Notes under the pieces: generated by a model
What the model saw: only the letters and a program-made list of their open reading frames with translations
Databases searched by the model: none
What the model was told of the DNA's origin: nothing
Assembly: GCA_028702695.1 (NCBI GenBank)
Contig: JAQVOH010000002.1
Location: forward strand, 45,560-109,559
DNA length: 64,000 bases
Origin: Desulfotomaculaceae bacterium
GTDB taxonomy: Bacteria > Bacillota > Desulfotomaculia > Desulfotomaculales > Pelotomaculaceae
Direction: 5' to 3'
Made by a program: the position numbers and the translations under genes
Shown here: positions 44,968 through 55,995 of the stretch, piece after piece
Position numbering within the stretch: the stretch's first letter is position 1
Layout: the number at the start of each line of letters is the position of its first letter

Positions 44968-46590
44968 GTGGGAATATATTCATTCGATGGTGACGATTTA
45001 AAATTGATGTTTCGGGGAGCAGTCGACCTGTTGGGGCAGTCAAAGGGAGATATTGATGCTCTCAATGTTTTTCCTGTCCCTGATGGTGATACTGGGACCA
45101 ATATGTACCATACCCTGGCTTCGGCTGTGGAAGAGGCTGTTGCCACAAATTCCAACCATATCGGACTGGTAGCTGAAGCTGCTGCCAGGGGTGGCCTTAT
45201 GGGCGCAAGAGGTAATTCTGGTGTAATTCTTTCTCAGGTTTTGCAAGGGTTCGCCAGATCGCTGAGGGTAAAGGAAAGAGCAACTGCTATAGATATCATC
45301 GAGGCTTTTGAAGATGGCACCCGTATGGCCTACCAGGCAGTAATGAGTCCGGTGGAAGGTACTATTTTAACTGTTGTTAGAAAAACTGCTGAAGAAGCCG
45401 CGGCTCAACGCAGTAGCAATCTGCTTCGCATGATGGTCGCGGTTTTTAAAAAGGCCTTTGCGGCCCTGCAGGAGACACCTAACCAACTTCCGGCTCTTAA
45501 AGAGGCTGGCGTTGTTGACGCAGGCGGGAAAGGTTTTGTTGTTATTTTGGAAGGATGTTTGAGCGCCCTTAAAAATGCGTCACCGACTGTCAAAAATACA
45601 CTGCAACCTGTTGCCAACCGGGAGGCTGGGACAGGTAGAAAAAAGAAAAACACAATGGCAGTAGAAGCCATAGGTTTTTGTTACTGTACCGAGTTTTTGA
45701 TCACAGGGAATAGTCTGCCGCTTGAAGAAATAAAACAAGAACTTTCAACTTGGGGAGATAGCCTAATGGTGGTTGGTTCCGGGGATCTGACCAAAGTCCA
45801 TATTCACTCTAACCACCCTGGACTTGTTCTTGAATACTGCCTGAAATACGGGGCCTTGACCGATTTAAAGGTAACAAATATGCGTGAACAAACCAAGGCC
45901 ATGCGTTTAGACGATATTCAGGCAGGCCCGGATAATAGTTTTAGTATTATTTCTGTGGGCTTTGGTATGGGTATCATCGAGATCATGAAAAACCTCGGGG
46001 CGGATATGGTTATTGCCGGGGGGCAGACTTTAAATCCCAGTGCCGGTGAAATTTTGAGAGGTATTGAGGAGTTGACCTCTGACCGGATCATCATCCTGCC
46101 AAATAACAAAAATGTGATTATGACGGCGGAGCTTGCCGGCAGCTTATCACTTAAGGAAACTATTGTAGTTCCCTCAAAAAGCATACCCCAGGGATTGAGC
46201 GCTCTCCTGACCCTTTACCCGGAGGACGACATATCTGCTGCAGCCAAAAAAATGAACCTGTCCCTGTCATCCGTTAAGACGGGAGAGATTACCAGGGCGG
46301 TACGTGACACCAACTACTCAGGGATGGAAATTGCCAAGGACAGCATTATTGGCCTGTCTGAAGGGGACCTAAAAAGTTCCGGTAAAGACCTGTTTGTAGT
46401 CATGGACGACATACTGACGGACATGCTTTATGGTGAAGGACGGTTGGTGACCCTTTACTTTGGCGAGGGAGTATCTTTAGAACAGGCAGAGATGCTGGCG
46501 GATAAAATGAGGCAGAAATTTAGCGGGCATGAATTTGAACTGCAAAACGGCGGTCAGCCAGTTTACGACTTCATAATATCAGTAGAATGA
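44968..46590 (+). CDS. yloV: DAK2-domain fusion protein YloV
   Basis: LNVFPVPDGDTGTNM...RGNSGVILSQ. 540 aa. GTG start after GAGGGGA. Confidence 0.9.
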   Translation: MGIYSFDGDDLKLMFRGAVDLLGQSKGDIDALNVFPVPDGDTGTNMYHTLASAVEEAVATNSNHIGLVAEAAARGGLMGARGNSGVILSQVLQGFARSLRVKERATAIDIIEAFEDGTRMAYQAVMSPVEGTILTVVRKTAEEAAAQRSSNLLRMMVAVFKKAFAALQETPNQLPALKEAGVVDAGGKGFVVILEGCLSALKNASPTVKNTLQPVANREAGTGRKKKNTMAVEAIGFCYCTEFLITGNSLPLEEIKQELSTWGDSLMVVGSGDLTKVHIHSNHPGLVLEYCLKYGALTDLKVTNMREQTKAMRLDDIQAGPDNSFSIISVGFGMGIIEIMKNLGADMVIAGGQTLNPSAGEILRGIEELTSDRIIILPNNKNVIMTAELAGSLSLKETIVVPSKSIPQGLSALLTLYPEDDISAAAKKMNLSLSSVKTGEITRAVRDTNYSGMEIAKDSIIGLSEGDLKSSGKDLFVVMDDILTDMLYGEGRLVTLYFGEGVSLEQAEMLADKMRQKFSGHEFELQNGGQPVYDFIISVE

Positions 46591-46594
46591 GTAG

Positions 46595-47449
46595 GTGTTG
46601 CAAAAGATGAAACCTATAGTTATAGTAACCGACAGTACCGCCGATCTCCCTAATGACCTGGTCTCCCAATATGGTATTACGGTAGTGCCGCTCAAGGTAA
46701 TATTTAATGGCAAAGATACGTTCCTGGATGGCGTAGACATGCAAACAGAAGAATTTTACCAGCGCTTAGTGGTTAAGGGGCAAACAGCAACTACATCGCA
46801 GCCCTCCCCTGCGGAGTTCGCCGATTGTTACAAGCGGCTACTGCCTCAATATAGCATCATTTCTATTCATATCAGCTCAGTCATGAGCGGTACTGTGCAG
46901 TCAGCAAGAGTGGCCAGGGCAATGTTTCCGGGGAGCGATATCGAAGTCATTGATTCCAAGTCGTGCAGTATGGGGGTCGGCCTGGTGGTCCTGGAGGCGG
47001 CCCGAGCTGCCTCGCTGGGCAAAAGTAAGGCTGATATCCTGGATATCATTCATAAGACGCTCCCTAAAATCAGGTTATTTTTTATCGTCGACAGTCTAAA
47101 ACACCTCAAAGAGGGTGGCAGAATCGGGAAAGCGCAGGCTTTGTTGGGTACCATCCTCAGCATAAAACCGATTCTATATTTAAACGAGGGCATAGTTGAA
47201 CCATATGAAAAGGTCCGGGGCAGAGCCAGAGCGATTGAAAGGTTGGCGCAAATTATTGCGGATAAATCCGGGGGTGAAAGGATAAAATGCTGTGTTTTAC
47301 ATGGCAATGCCCCGGAAGGTGTGGAACGGATCCAGAAAATATTAACGCCAATGGTGAACTGCGATAAGCCGATTATTGCTAAAGTTGGACCGGTTGTAGG
47401 GACACACGTTGGACCAGGCGTGGTGGGAGCAGTCTTTATAACAGAGTAA
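46595..47449 (+). CDS. DegV-family fatty-acid-binding protein
   Basis: IVIVTDSTADLP...TSQPSP..F...ISIHISS.MSGT. The start may be ATG 46607. Confidence 0.9.
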   Translation: MLQKMKPIVIVTDSTADLPNDLVSQYGITVVPLKVIFNGKDTFLDGVDMQTEEFYQRLVVKGQTATTSQPSPAEFADCYKRLLPQYSIISIHISSVMSGTVQSARVARAMFPGSDIEVIDSKSCSMGVGLVVLEAARAASLGKSKADILDIIHKTLPKIRLFFIVDSLKHLKEGGRIGKAQALLGTILSIKPILYLNEGIVEPYEKVRGRARAIERLAQIIADKSGGERIKCCVLHGNAPEGVERIQKILTPMVNCDKPIIAKVGPVVGTHVGPGVVGAVFITE

Positions 47450-47531
47450 CCACCCACATCGCTAATTTTTCATTACCTTGCCGGCGCCGCAGTAACATGG
47501 GTGATATTTCTACATAAGGTGTCACTAGTCG

Positions 47532-47570
47532 CTAAAGGAAAACTGCCGAGACTCGGCAGTTTTCCTTTAG
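47532..47570. terminator. bidirectional terminator between the DegV gene and rodZ
   Basis: CTAAAGGAAAACTGCCGAG / CTCGGCAGTTTTCCTTTAG, a near-perfect 19-nt inverted repeat. Confidence 0.8.
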
Positions 47571-48319
47571 CCCGTTGGGGAAGATGTGAATTCCCGGTTG
47601 ATTACAGCGCCTTCCTCACCTAGAAAACCCAGGTCCTGCCCATTTAGCTGTACCTGAACCACGCCAGCATTGCCCAGAGTAAAAGATATTTTTTCCGCGC
47701 CTGCATAATCCTGGGTCTGTCCGGCCATTACCTCACCCTGAAAGGCGGGAGTGTCGTCCACTATTACCCGTATCCAGCATGTGTTCTTGGTTACGTTGAG
47801 AGATATCTTAACCCCTGCCTCATTGTTAGGCATCTGAACCGTAGGTTGCTGATCTTCGGGTAACCTGGCCTGGTCCCCCGAGGGATTTTGGCCTTGCTCT
47901 CCGGTCCGAAACTCCTCCTTGGCGGGATGGTTTAACCCAAGACCCCGGGCAGAGTAATAGACAGTTGTGGCAAGTCCCAACACAAGCACCATCGTCGCCA
48001 GGTAAAGCCAATAGCGGGGTTTTTGGTTGCGGTTTAATTTGGGTTGGTCCCGACTGTTATTTATACTATCCTGCGCAGGCGGGGTCTCCTTGACCTGGGT
48101 GTAGTCAAAGGTTTCCATCACCTCTTCAACATTGAGGTTTAAAAACCGTGCATAATTTTTCAAAAAGGCCTTAGCATAAACCTTACCGGGCAGAACATCA
48201 TACTGCTCGTTTTCCAAAGCCTGCAGGTATTTGCGTCGTATCTTAGTTCCTTCTTCAACTTCCTCTAGGGACAACTTGCGAGCTTCCCTGGCTTCCTTTA
48301 AGCTGTTGCCTATTTCCAT
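47567..48319 (-). CDS. rodZ: RodZ-like cytoskeleton protein (XRE HTH, TM helix, DUF4115-like C-terminal domain)
   Basis: LKEAREARKLSLEEVEEGTKIRRKYLQALENEQYDVLPG.VYAKAFL.NYA. Start taken at MEIGN. Confidence 0.8.
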   Translation of the reverse strand: MEIGNSLKEAREARKLSLEEVEEGTKIRRKYLQALENEQYDVLPGKVYAKAFLKNYARFLNLNVEEVMETFDYTQVKETPPAQDSINNSRDQPKLNRNQKPRYWLYLATMVLVLGLATTVYYSARGLGLNHPAKEEFRTGEQGQNPSGDQARLPEDQQPTVQMPNNEAGVKISLNVTKNTCWIRVIVDDTPAFQGEVMAGQTQDYAGAEKISFTLGNAGVVQVQLNGQDLGFLGEEGAVINREFTSSPTG

Positions 48320-48510
48320 ATGCTCTCCTCCCAAGCCGGCTAAACTATTATAAGTAACATTCAGCCCGCAATTGTAATCAAACCTGGGCCTCAGGTTATT
48401 TTGATGATAAAAAGAGCCGTGACTTAATGTTTCAGACCAAAGAGTCCAGCCTACGGAGCAAATATCCGATATTAAACCCAGTTCAGGGAATATAATACTT
48501 ACATGTGAAA

Positions 48511-49551
48511 TTACCTTGACAGCCCTTTGACAAATTCCACAATATTATCTATAGCCTTCTTAATGTCAGTGGTATCCACGCAAAGGTCATAGTTCGGGGA
48601 TGGTTCTTCCGGGTACTTATATAAGGGATCGTAATAACGCTGCAATAGGTACATAAAAACCGGGTTGAAGTTACCTTCGGCCAGCATGCTGTTTAAGCTT
48701 TCCACCCTGGCACGGCCAATTTTCTTTTCAAGGGAGGCGGTTGCCATTTGCAGTTCCTTGATATTACTGCCCGGGCCACTAGTATAGACAGCTTGGATCC
48801 TTTTTACCCTCTGGTCAATGGGTGCGTACAGAAGAACGCGAATACCCGTTCTAATAGAAGTCATCAGCGGGGATGGTACCAGAAGGTTGCCTATGCGCCT
48901 GCTTTCGCACTCAACGATAAAAATACTATTTTCTCCAATGTTGGTTAAAAATTTAACAATATAACTTTCAAATGCCTTTTGTGAGGGCGAGGGGGTCAGT
49001 CCAATCTTGCCATATACCGAACCACGGTGTACGGCAAGTCCTTCAAGATCAAGCGCCGGCAGGCCTTTTGCCTCAAGCCCTACAAGTACTTCAGTTTTTC
49101 CAACTCCGGTAAGACCGTGCAGCACAACTGCTCTCTGCGCAAGTTCCTCCCGGTCCAGGTAAGCGTTAACATATTGGCGGTAAGACTTATAGCCGCCAAT
49201 CACACGGTATACGTGATACCCCATGGTATCTAACATGCCGGCCATGAACTGGCTGCGCTGTCCCCCCCGCCAGCAAAATACAGCCAGATTTCTATCCCCT
49301 GCCAGTTGGTCTACAGTTGTAATTTTTTGCGGTAGCTTCGGAGCAATCAGCTTCAGGCCCAGCCTCCGCGCGGGGTCAGGCCCTGCCTGGTGGTACAAGG
49401 TTCCAATAGCGGCTCTCTCTTCATTTTCAAAGACAGGTATGTTGACTGCACCCGGAATGGTCGCTTCTGCAAACTCATCTTCCGAACGGACATCTATTAA
49501 TATAAAGTTTTTTAAGTTTAGGGCTTCCTCGATAGTAATTTCCTCAACCAT
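48511..49551 (-). CDS. selU: tRNA 2-selenouridine synthase
   Basis: Rhodanese domain with CWRGGQRS plus a GLTGVGKT P-loop. Start at ATG 49551, after AGGTG. Confidence 0.85.
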   Translation of the reverse strand: MVEEITIEEALNLKNFILIDVRSEDEFAEATIPGAVNIPVFENEERAAIGTLYHQAGPDPARRLGLKLIAPKLPQKITTVDQLAGDRNLAVFCWRGGQRSQFMAGMLDTMGYHVYRVIGGYKSYRQYVNAYLDREELAQRAVVLHGLTGVGKTEVLVGLEAKGLPALDLEGLAVHRGSVYGKIGLTPSPSQKAFESYIVKFLTNIGENSIFIVECESRRIGNLLVPSPLMTSIRTGIRVLLYAPIDQRVKRIQAVYTSGPGSNIKELQMATASLEKKIGRARVESLNSMLAEGNFNPVFMYLLQRYYDPLYKYPEEPSPNYDLCVDTTDIKKAIDNIVEFVKGLSR

Positions 49552-49655
49552 TGAGCGCACCTGCCGGTCCGGCTATAACAATCAATCCTATGGTCTCCTT
49601 TTTTATTAAATATATAACACCAGCCCAGCTAGGTTCAGACCATAACAGGATTATG

Positions 49656-51896
49656 TCACCTCTTCTTGAAAACTTGCTGGTACTGCTCCAGCGTCATTAG
49701 TATTGCCCGGGGTTTGCTTCCCTCATAACCCCCCACGATACCCCTCTTCTCCATAATGTCAATCAGACGGGCGGCTCGAGCATAGCCGATGTGCAGTCGT
49801 CTTTGCAGCATGGAAATAGAGGCATGCCCGCTCTCGATAAGAATTAATACTGCCTGAGCCAGAAGCTCATCCTCCACCTCAGGGGCGGGCTCTTCTGGAG
49901 CGGTCTCAACTAGTATCTTATCATCATATACGGGTTCGGCTTGTTTTTTAAGGTAGTGAACCAGGTCGTCCACCTCACGGTCGGAGAGAAAGGCACCCTG
50001 AACCCGGACCGGTTTTGAAGCTCCAACTGGAAAGAAGAGCATATCGCCCTTACCGAGAAGTTTTTCTGCTCCACCCATATCAAGGATGGTACGAGAGTCA
50101 ATCTGGGATGATACCGCAAAGGAGACTCTGGACGGGATGTTGGCTTTGATCAGGCCGGTGATGACGTCTACAGAAGGGCGCTGGGTTGCCACCACCAGGT
50201 GAATGCCGGCAGCCCTGGCCATTTGGGCCAACCTGCATATTGCGTCCTCAACGTCAGCCGGAGCCACAATCATCAGGTCGGCCAGCTCGTCAATAATGAT
50301 CACCATAAAGGGAAGCGGCTGAACGTCGCCCGAGTCTTTTGTTTTAGTTATATTATTATAGCGGGTGATATCGCGAACGCCAGCAGCCGCAAAAAGCGCG
50401 TAGCGGCGCTCCATCTCCCGGGCCGCCCAACGCAGGGACGTTGCAGCTTTCCTGGGATCTGTAACCACTGGGGCAGTCAGGTGAGGAATGCCATTATAGG
50501 TAGCCAGTTCGACCATCTTGGGGTCGATCATTAAAAACTTTACTTCTTCAGGCGTGGCCTTGAATAGTATACTTGCGATCAGGGTATTAAGGCAGACGCT
50601 CTTACCTGAACCGGTTGCGCCAGCAATTAGCAAGTGGGGCATTTTGGCCAAATCACCCACAATGGGATTGCCTGCGATATCCTTGCCGAAGACTACGGTA
50701 AGCTTTGATTTGGCCTGCCCGAACTCCTGGGTTTCCAGCAGGTCTCTAATGTGAACCATCGATATCTCCTTATTCGGGACCTCGATGCCCACCGCTGCTT
50801 TACCGGGAATAGGCGCTTCAATCCGCACATCCGGCGCTGCCATGGATAGGGCAATATCATCGGCCAGACTTACAATCCTGCTGACCTTAACCCCTGCTGG
50901 AGGTTGAATTTCATAGCGGGTAATGGCGGGTCCCCGGGAAACCTGGATTACCTTTGCCTTCACGCCGAAACTCTCCAGAGTTTCCTCAAGAATGCGAATG
51001 TTCTCATTGATATCTTTACTTAAACGAATATTTTTGGCCTTTAAGGGGCGGGATAGTATGGTCAGGGGAGGCAGATGATAGGCGCCTAGCACCCCGGAGA
51101 AGTCCTTGTTATATAGGTCATCCAATTCCTTATCTTCTTTTGCTTCGTCACCAGGCTCCACCGCCTGCCGGTCCGGGCTGACAACCTCTTTTTTGCTGTC
51201 AAAATCTGAAATTGTTGGAAAGGTCCGCTCATTGCCAGCCTGTCCTTTCCGCACGGTTGAAGAAACCCCGGTTAGAAATGTTTCCTCGGTATTATCTATA
51301 ATAACAGGAGAAGTGGCAGGAGTCCCCTTGTCCTCTTCTACCTTGGTGAAGAAAAAGTTATCTAATCCATGCAGGCTGCCTTTAGCACCGGCTAACAAGC
51401 CGGTGACAAATTTTTTGATCATGGTTGCCAGGGAAAGGTTGGTTAGTAGAAGGAGCGCGATTATACCGGCAGCGATAATAATTATGTATGTACCGATAAT
51501 GCCGAATGATTTTCTTAAAACATAGCTAAATATAGCCCCCAAAAGGCCTCCCCCGTCACCGGCCAAACCCGCCTTGAAGGAATCATCAACAGGTATAATT
51601 AAGTGACAAAAGGTCAAGGTCAATATAAATAAAAGCAGTGCTCCATACATTCTTTCGGACACCGTAGTGGTTCGTCTGCGCTTTAGTACCAACTTGCCTC
51701 CGACCATAATCAGAAGCAGGGGAAACAGGTACCGCCCTTCTCCAGCAATGCTTTTGAGGAGCCTGTCAATAAATACGCTGACCAGACCGGAGGCAGGTAC
51801 CAGTATGCTAAGAAGACCTAGCACACCCATAGCAATCAGGGCTATCCCAAGAATTTCGTATTTCAGTTCTTCCTTTAGTTGGCCCAAAACTCCCAT
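49656..51896 (-). CDS. ftsK: DNA translocase FtsK/SpoIIIE
   Basis: N-terminal TM helices, HLLIAGATGSGKSV, IIIDELADLM, and a C-terminal gamma winged-helix domain. Confidence 0.95.
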   Translation of the reverse strand: MGVLGQLKEELKYEILGIALIAMGVLGLLSILVPASGLVSVFIDRLLKSIAGEGRYLFPLLLIMVGGKLVLKRRRTTTVSERMYGALLLFILTLTFCHLIIPVDDSFKAGLAGDGGGLLGAIFSYVLRKSFGIIGTYIIIIAAGIIALLLLTNLSLATMIKKFVTGLLAGAKGSLHGLDNFFFTKVEEDKGTPATSPVIIDNTEETFLTGVSSTVRKGQAGNERTFPTISDFDSKKEVVSPDRQAVEPGDEAKEDKELDDLYNKDFSGVLGAYHLPPLTILSRPLKAKNIRLSKDINENIRILEETLESFGVKAKVIQVSRGPAITRYEIQPPAGVKVSRIVSLADDIALSMAAPDVRIEAPIPGKAAVGIEVPNKEISMVHIRDLLETQEFGQAKSKLTVVFGKDIAGNPIVGDLAKMPHLLIAGATGSGKSVCLNTLIASILFKATPEEVKFLMIDPKMVELATYNGIPHLTAPVVTDPRKAATSLRWAAREMERRYALFAAAGVRDITRYNNITKTKDSGDVQPLPFMVIIIDELADLMIVAPADVEDAICRLAQMARAAGIHLVVATQRPSVDVITGLIKANIPSRVSFAVSSQIDSRTILDMGGAEKLLGKGDMLFFPVGASKPVRVQGAFLSDREVDDLVHYLKKQAEPVYDDKILVETAPEEPAPEVEDELLAQAVLILIESGHASISMLQRRLHIGYARAARLIDIMEKRGIVGGYEGSKPRAILMTLEQYQQVFKKR

Positions 51897-51963
51897 GATT
51901 TTCCCTCCCTAAGAGATAATATACCACAGTTATGGCCAAAAATCCTTGAACACTAAATAATAT

Positions 51964-51988
51964 TGCCCTCCGGGGCCACAGGAGGGCA
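51964..51988 (-). terminator. possible terminator hairpin after uppP
   Basis: TGCCCTCC...GGAGGGCA. The T-tract on the minus strand is weak. Confidence 0.4.
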
Positions 51989-52051
51989 GCGTTGAAAAAA
52001 TGGATTTAGGCATATAATAACTGGCTAGTTAAGGTTACTGATTGTGCAAGA

Positions 52052-52849
52052 TCACCTGGTTAGTGCCAGAATAATGACGGCAAAGCCAACAACAAAGCGG
52101 TACCAGGCAAATACCGCAAAACTGCGTTCCGACAGGTACCTGAGCAGAAATCCTATGGATATAAAGCCAACCACCGCTGAGGATACCACGCCGGTTAAAA
52201 ATGCCGCGTTCAGGTCGCCGGGTGCCAGGTCTTTAATCTTATAAAGTCCGGCTCCAACAATAATTGGTGTCGAGAGTAGAAAAGAGAATCTTGCTGCTGA
52301 TTCACGGGTAAACCCCAGGGCACGGCCGGCAGTCATGGTAATACCGGAACGGGACACGCCGGGTATAATCGCTAAGGCCTGAGAGAGCCCTATCAGCAAA
52401 GTATCAAGGAGAGAAACAGATTCAATTTTCTTTACGCTAGCGGCCCTGCGATCGACCCAGTAAAGAATAATCCCCATTACAACCAACATCACGCCAATTA
52501 ATAAGGGGGTGCGAAATACAGTCTCTGCTTGCTCTTCAAAAAGATAGCCAAAAACTGCGCCGGGTATCGTTCCAAGCACCAGATACCAAAATAGGGCGGC
52601 TTCTTTGTTTCCTTTTCTGGCAAGGGCCGAGCCAAGGAGTTTAAGCCAGTCTTTCCAAAAAAAGGCTACCACTGAGATTAGAGTTCCTATATGAAGTGCT
52701 ACGTCAAAAGTCAGTCCCGCATAGTTCCACCCAAAAGCCCATGGTACCAAAACCAGATGCGCCGAACTGGAAATAGGAAGAAACTCACCCAAGCCCTGTA
52801 TTATGCCCAGTATTAACGCTTCCAACAGAGTCAAAAACGAATAATCCAC
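52052..52849 (-). CDS. uppP: undecaprenyl-diphosphate phosphatase
   Basis: GIIQGLGEFLPISSSAHL...PGVSRSG.T; polytopic; 265 aa. Confidence 0.9.
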   Translation of the reverse strand: MDYSFLTLLEALILGIIQGLGEFLPISSSAHLVLVPWAFGWNYAGLTFDVALHIGTLISVVAFFWKDWLKLLGSALARKGNKEAALFWYLVLGTIPGAVFGYLFEEQAETVFRTPLLIGVMLVVMGIILYWVDRRAASVKKIESVSLLDTLLIGLSQALAIIPGVSRSGITMTAGRALGFTRESAARFSFLLSTPIIVGAGLYKIKDLAPGDLNAAFLTGVVSSAVVGFISIGFLLRYLSERSFAVFAWYRFVVGFAVIILALTR

Positions 52850-52916
52850 CTTTCTGTTACTTTAAACAATGCTTTTTATTATATCACGAGGTTGACCAGA
52901 GCGCGAAAATCTTTCC

Positions 52917-52942
52917 AAAAAAAAATCCTGGAAGCCCAGGAA
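52917..52942 (-). terminator. Rho-independent terminator after ylzJ
   Basis: Minus strand: TCCTGG-GCTT-CCAGGA followed by TTTTTTTTT. Confidence 0.7.
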
Positions 52943-52948
52943 TGATGT

Positions 52949-53161
52949 TTAACAATCTATTAAACTACCTGGCGCCAATTCAGGTTTCAGGTAGTCAGAA
53001 GGATTCGTACTTAATAGTTTAACAATTTTCTGTTTTCCAAAACCTGCTGATTCCACCACCATCGCCACGCCCTGGTATTCAATGTCCCTATATTCAGGAT
53101 ATTGGGTGGTATCGAATCCTTCTAAAACTAATTCCAACTGCATCGGGGTATATAGAATCAC
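52949..53161 (-). CDS. ylzJ: YlzJ-like protein
   Basis: [16 protein letters not shown]... Conserved position after tepA. The GTG start overlaps the tepA stop (GTGA). Family assignment is from memory. Confidence 0.6.
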   Translation of the reverse strand: MILYTPMQLELVLEGFDTTQYPEYRDIEYQGVAMVVESAGFGKQKIVKLLSTNPSDYLKPELAPGSLIDC

Positions 53162-54000
53162 TGGAGAAACGCCTCTTTTCTCTTGTGCTTCCATTCCTCA
53201 ATCATAATGTTGATTTTATTGACCGCTTCACCAATTCCTCCTACAGCGTCAATCAGGCCCCATTCAACAGCTTCCTTACCAATAAGAACAGTACCAATAT
53301 CTCTAGCCAAGTCTCCGGTCCGGAACATCAACTCGCGAAAATTTTTTTCAGTGATGTTTGAATGCATTGTGGTAAAACGGACGACCCTGTCCTGCATCTT
53401 ATCAAGGTATTCATAGGTCTGTGGAACGCCAATGACCATGCCGTTTAGGCGAATGGGGTGAATCGTCATGCTGGCAGTATCAGTTATATAGGAATACTGT
53501 GCCCCAACCGCAATAGGAACTCCAATTGAATGGCCGCCTCCCAGTACTACTGAAACAGTTGGCTTGGACATACTGGCAATCATTTCAGCAATGGCCAGGC
53601 CGGCTTCAACATCCCCGCCAACGGTATTAAGGATAATTAGTACCCCCTCTACCTCGCTTGCCTGCTCCAGTGCTACCAATTGTGGGATCATGTGCTCGTA
53701 CTTGGTGGTTTTGTTTTGTGGTGGAAGGACCAGGTGCCCTTCAATTTGCCCAATAATGGTCAGGCAGTGAATGTTGGATTTGATTTCGGGAATTGGCGCC
53801 GTCCCTATTTCCTTCATCGCTTCCATGGAGCTTTTAGATTTGCCGGAAACTCTTTTGCCGTGCTGAGGGTCACGGTCGTGGTCATCTTTTTTATCTGGGT
53901 CCTCCCGCCGCTCAGGGGCGGGTGTAACCTCCGGGTCAGGATACGGGGACGGTGTAAAAGGAAAGACTCCAGGTTGAGGTTCGACATTAATTATTGTCAA
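53158..54000 (-). CDS. tepA: ClpP-fold protein TepA (translocation-enhancing protein)
   Basis: [13 protein letters not shown]...[19 protein letters not shown]...[12 protein letters not shown]. Start at TTG 54000, after AGGAG. Confidence 0.8.
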   Translation of the reverse strand: MTIINVEPQPGVFPFTPSPYPDPEVTPAPERREDPDKKDDHDRDPQHGKRVSGKSKSSMEAMKEIGTAPIPEIKSNIHCLTIIGQIEGHLVLPPQNKTTKYEHMIPQLVALEQASEVEGVLIILNTVGGDVEAGLAIAEMIASMSKPTVSVVLGGGHSIGVPIAVGAQYSYITDTASMTIHPIRLNGMVIGVPQTYEYLDKMQDRVVRFTTMHSNITEKNFRELMFRTGDLARDIGTVLIGKEAVEWGLIDAVGGIGEAVNKINIMIEEWKHKRKEAFLQ

Positions 54001-54113
54001 TATTTTCACTCCTGACTTGGTACTTTGATGTCCCTGAACCAATCAATAACACTTCTAGTATGTATCAAATAAAATAAAAAATACACCTGCAGCCAACTGC
54101 GGTGAGCGGACCG

Positions 54114-54163
54114 ATAAAGAGCGCCTGACAGCCATAGATAACGGCAATCAGGCGCTCTTTATT
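54114..54163 (-). terminator. long stem-loop after rnj (terminator or RNA-stability element)
   Basis: AAAGAGCGCCTGA...TCAGGCGCTCTTT, a 13-bp stem with a weak U-tract. Confidence 0.45.
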
Positions 54164-54190
54164 TAGAAATTTGACGCTATAAGTATTTTC

Positions 54191-55858
54191 TTAAACTTCC
54201 ATGATGATTGGCAGTATCATCGGCCTTCTCCTGGTTTTTTCAAATAAAAACTTTCCTAAAACGTCTCTGACCTGAGACTTCATAGAGGACCACTCGGAGA
54301 TTCCCCTGCAATTACATTTTTCCAATGAGGCTTTTACTTTAATCCTGGCTTCTTCGAGTAGTTCTTCGGATTCCCGGACATACACAAATCCCCTCGAGAC
54401 AATATCGGGACCTGCCATGATCACCCCTGTTTCACGGTTTATCGTGACCACTATGATCAGGATACCGTCCTGAGACAGCATTCTACGATCCTTCAGGACG
54501 ATATTTCCTACATCTCCAACACCGAGTCCGTCTACAAGCACCTTTCCGGCGGGTACTCTGCCGGCTACTCTGCCTGCGCGACGGCTAAATTCCAGTATTT
54601 GGCCATTTTCCCCCACAAAAATGTGCTCCGGTAAAACCCCTACGTCCTTGGCTAGTTCGGCGTGTCTGATCATCATTCTATATTCGCCGTGGACAGGGAC
54701 AAAAAACTTTGGCCGGGTCAGGTTAATCATGAGCTTAAGTTCCTCCTGACTCGGGTGACCGGAGACATGAATACCGGACATCGACTCGTAAATTACCTTG
54801 GCGCCGAGCTTGAACAACTGGTCGATAATGCGCGCTACCAGCTTTTCGTTGCCTGGTATTGGTGTGGCTGAAATAATAACGGTGTCGCCAGGTAAAATTT
54901 CAACCTGACGGTGGTCCGAAAGGGCCATCCTGGTCAAAGCTGACATTGGTTCACCCTGGCTACCCGTGGTGAGGATGGCAACCTTGTTTTTAGGGAGCCG
55001 ATTGGCCTCCTCAAGTTCAACCATGATGCCGTCTGGGATTTCTAGATATCCCAGCTCGGTGGCGATACTGACTACGTTGACCATGCTCCTTCCCACAACA
55101 GCAACCTTGCGGTTGTGCTTGTATGCCGCCTGAATGGCCTGCTGGAGCCTGTGCACATTGGTGGCAAAGGTGGCGATGATAATCCTGTCCTCGGCTGCCT
55201 GGCGAAAAGTTTCATCAAAGGTGTTTCCCACAAAACGTTCGGACATGGTATAACCGGGCCTTTCCGCATTGGTGCTGTCGGAAAGTAAAACCAGTACCCC
55301 TTTTTCACCTAACTGAGCCAGTCGCTGAAAATCAGTTACCTGACCGTCCACCGGGGTCTGATCAATTTTAAAATCGCCGGTATGAAGCACCACGCCAATC
55401 GGTGTATGCACGGCTATTGCCACGCAATCTGGAATGCTGTGTGATACTTTGATGAACTCGATTTTAAAAGGGCCGATCTGGACGATGTCCCTCGGTTTTA
55501 CCGTATGCAAAGTGGTATCACTGGTCATATTTCGCTCTTTCAGTTTACCATGCAGCAGCCCCAGAGTAAGTTTAGTCCCGTAAACCGGGACATTTAACTG
55601 GCGCAGCACATACGGCAGGGCGCCGATGTGATCCTCGTGTCCGTGGGTAAGCACAATTCCGAGGACGGAATCCCTGTTTTCCAGAAGGTAGGTAATATCC
55701 GGGATAACGATGTCAATTCCCAACATACTTTCTTCCGGAAACATTAAACCACAGTCAATAATTACAATATTCTCCCCAAATCTCACCGCCATCATGTTTT
55801 TGCCGATCTCCCCTAACCCACCGAGGGGTATCAGGGACAATTTAGGTTCTTTTGACAA
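54191..55858 (-). CDS. rnj: ribonuclease J
   Basis: LIPLGGLGEIGKNM...LTHGHEDHIGALPY, a beta-CASP metallo-beta-lactamase. Start moved to TTG 55858, 7 nt after AGGAGG. Confidence 0.9.
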   Translation of the reverse strand: MSKEPKLSLIPLGGLGEIGKNMMAVRFGENIVIIDCGLMFPEESMLGIDIVIPDITYLLENRDSVLGIVLTHGHEDHIGALPYVLRQLNVPVYGTKLTLGLLHGKLKERNMTSDTTLHTVKPRDIVQIGPFKIEFIKVSHSIPDCVAIAVHTPIGVVLHTGDFKIDQTPVDGQVTDFQRLAQLGEKGVLVLLSDSTNAERPGYTMSERFVGNTFDETFRQAAEDRIIIATFATNVHRLQQAIQAAYKHNRKVAVVGRSMVNVVSIATELGYLEIPDGIMVELEEANRLPKNKVAILTTGSQGEPMSALTRMALSDHRQVEILPGDTVIISATPIPGNEKLVARIIDQLFKLGAKVIYESMSGIHVSGHPSQEELKLMINLTRPKFFVPVHGEYRMMIRHAELAKDVGVLPEHIFVGENGQILEFSRRAGRVAGRVPAGKVLVDGLGVGDVGNIVLKDRRMLSQDGILIIVVTINRETGVIMAGPDIVSRGFVYVRESEELLEEARIKVKASLEKCNCRGISEWSSMKSQVRDVLGKFLFEKTRRRPMILPIIMEV

Positions 55859-55995
55859 ATCCGCACCTCCTAACCCTTTCCGTAAACGAATCTTTTTCAT
55901 GCTTGCAACAGGTGAGATAATTCAGGAGAAGGTGGGGAAATATATAATTAGACCGCTCCCGGGAAATCCGCACACTTAAAAAACACTCAAAAGTA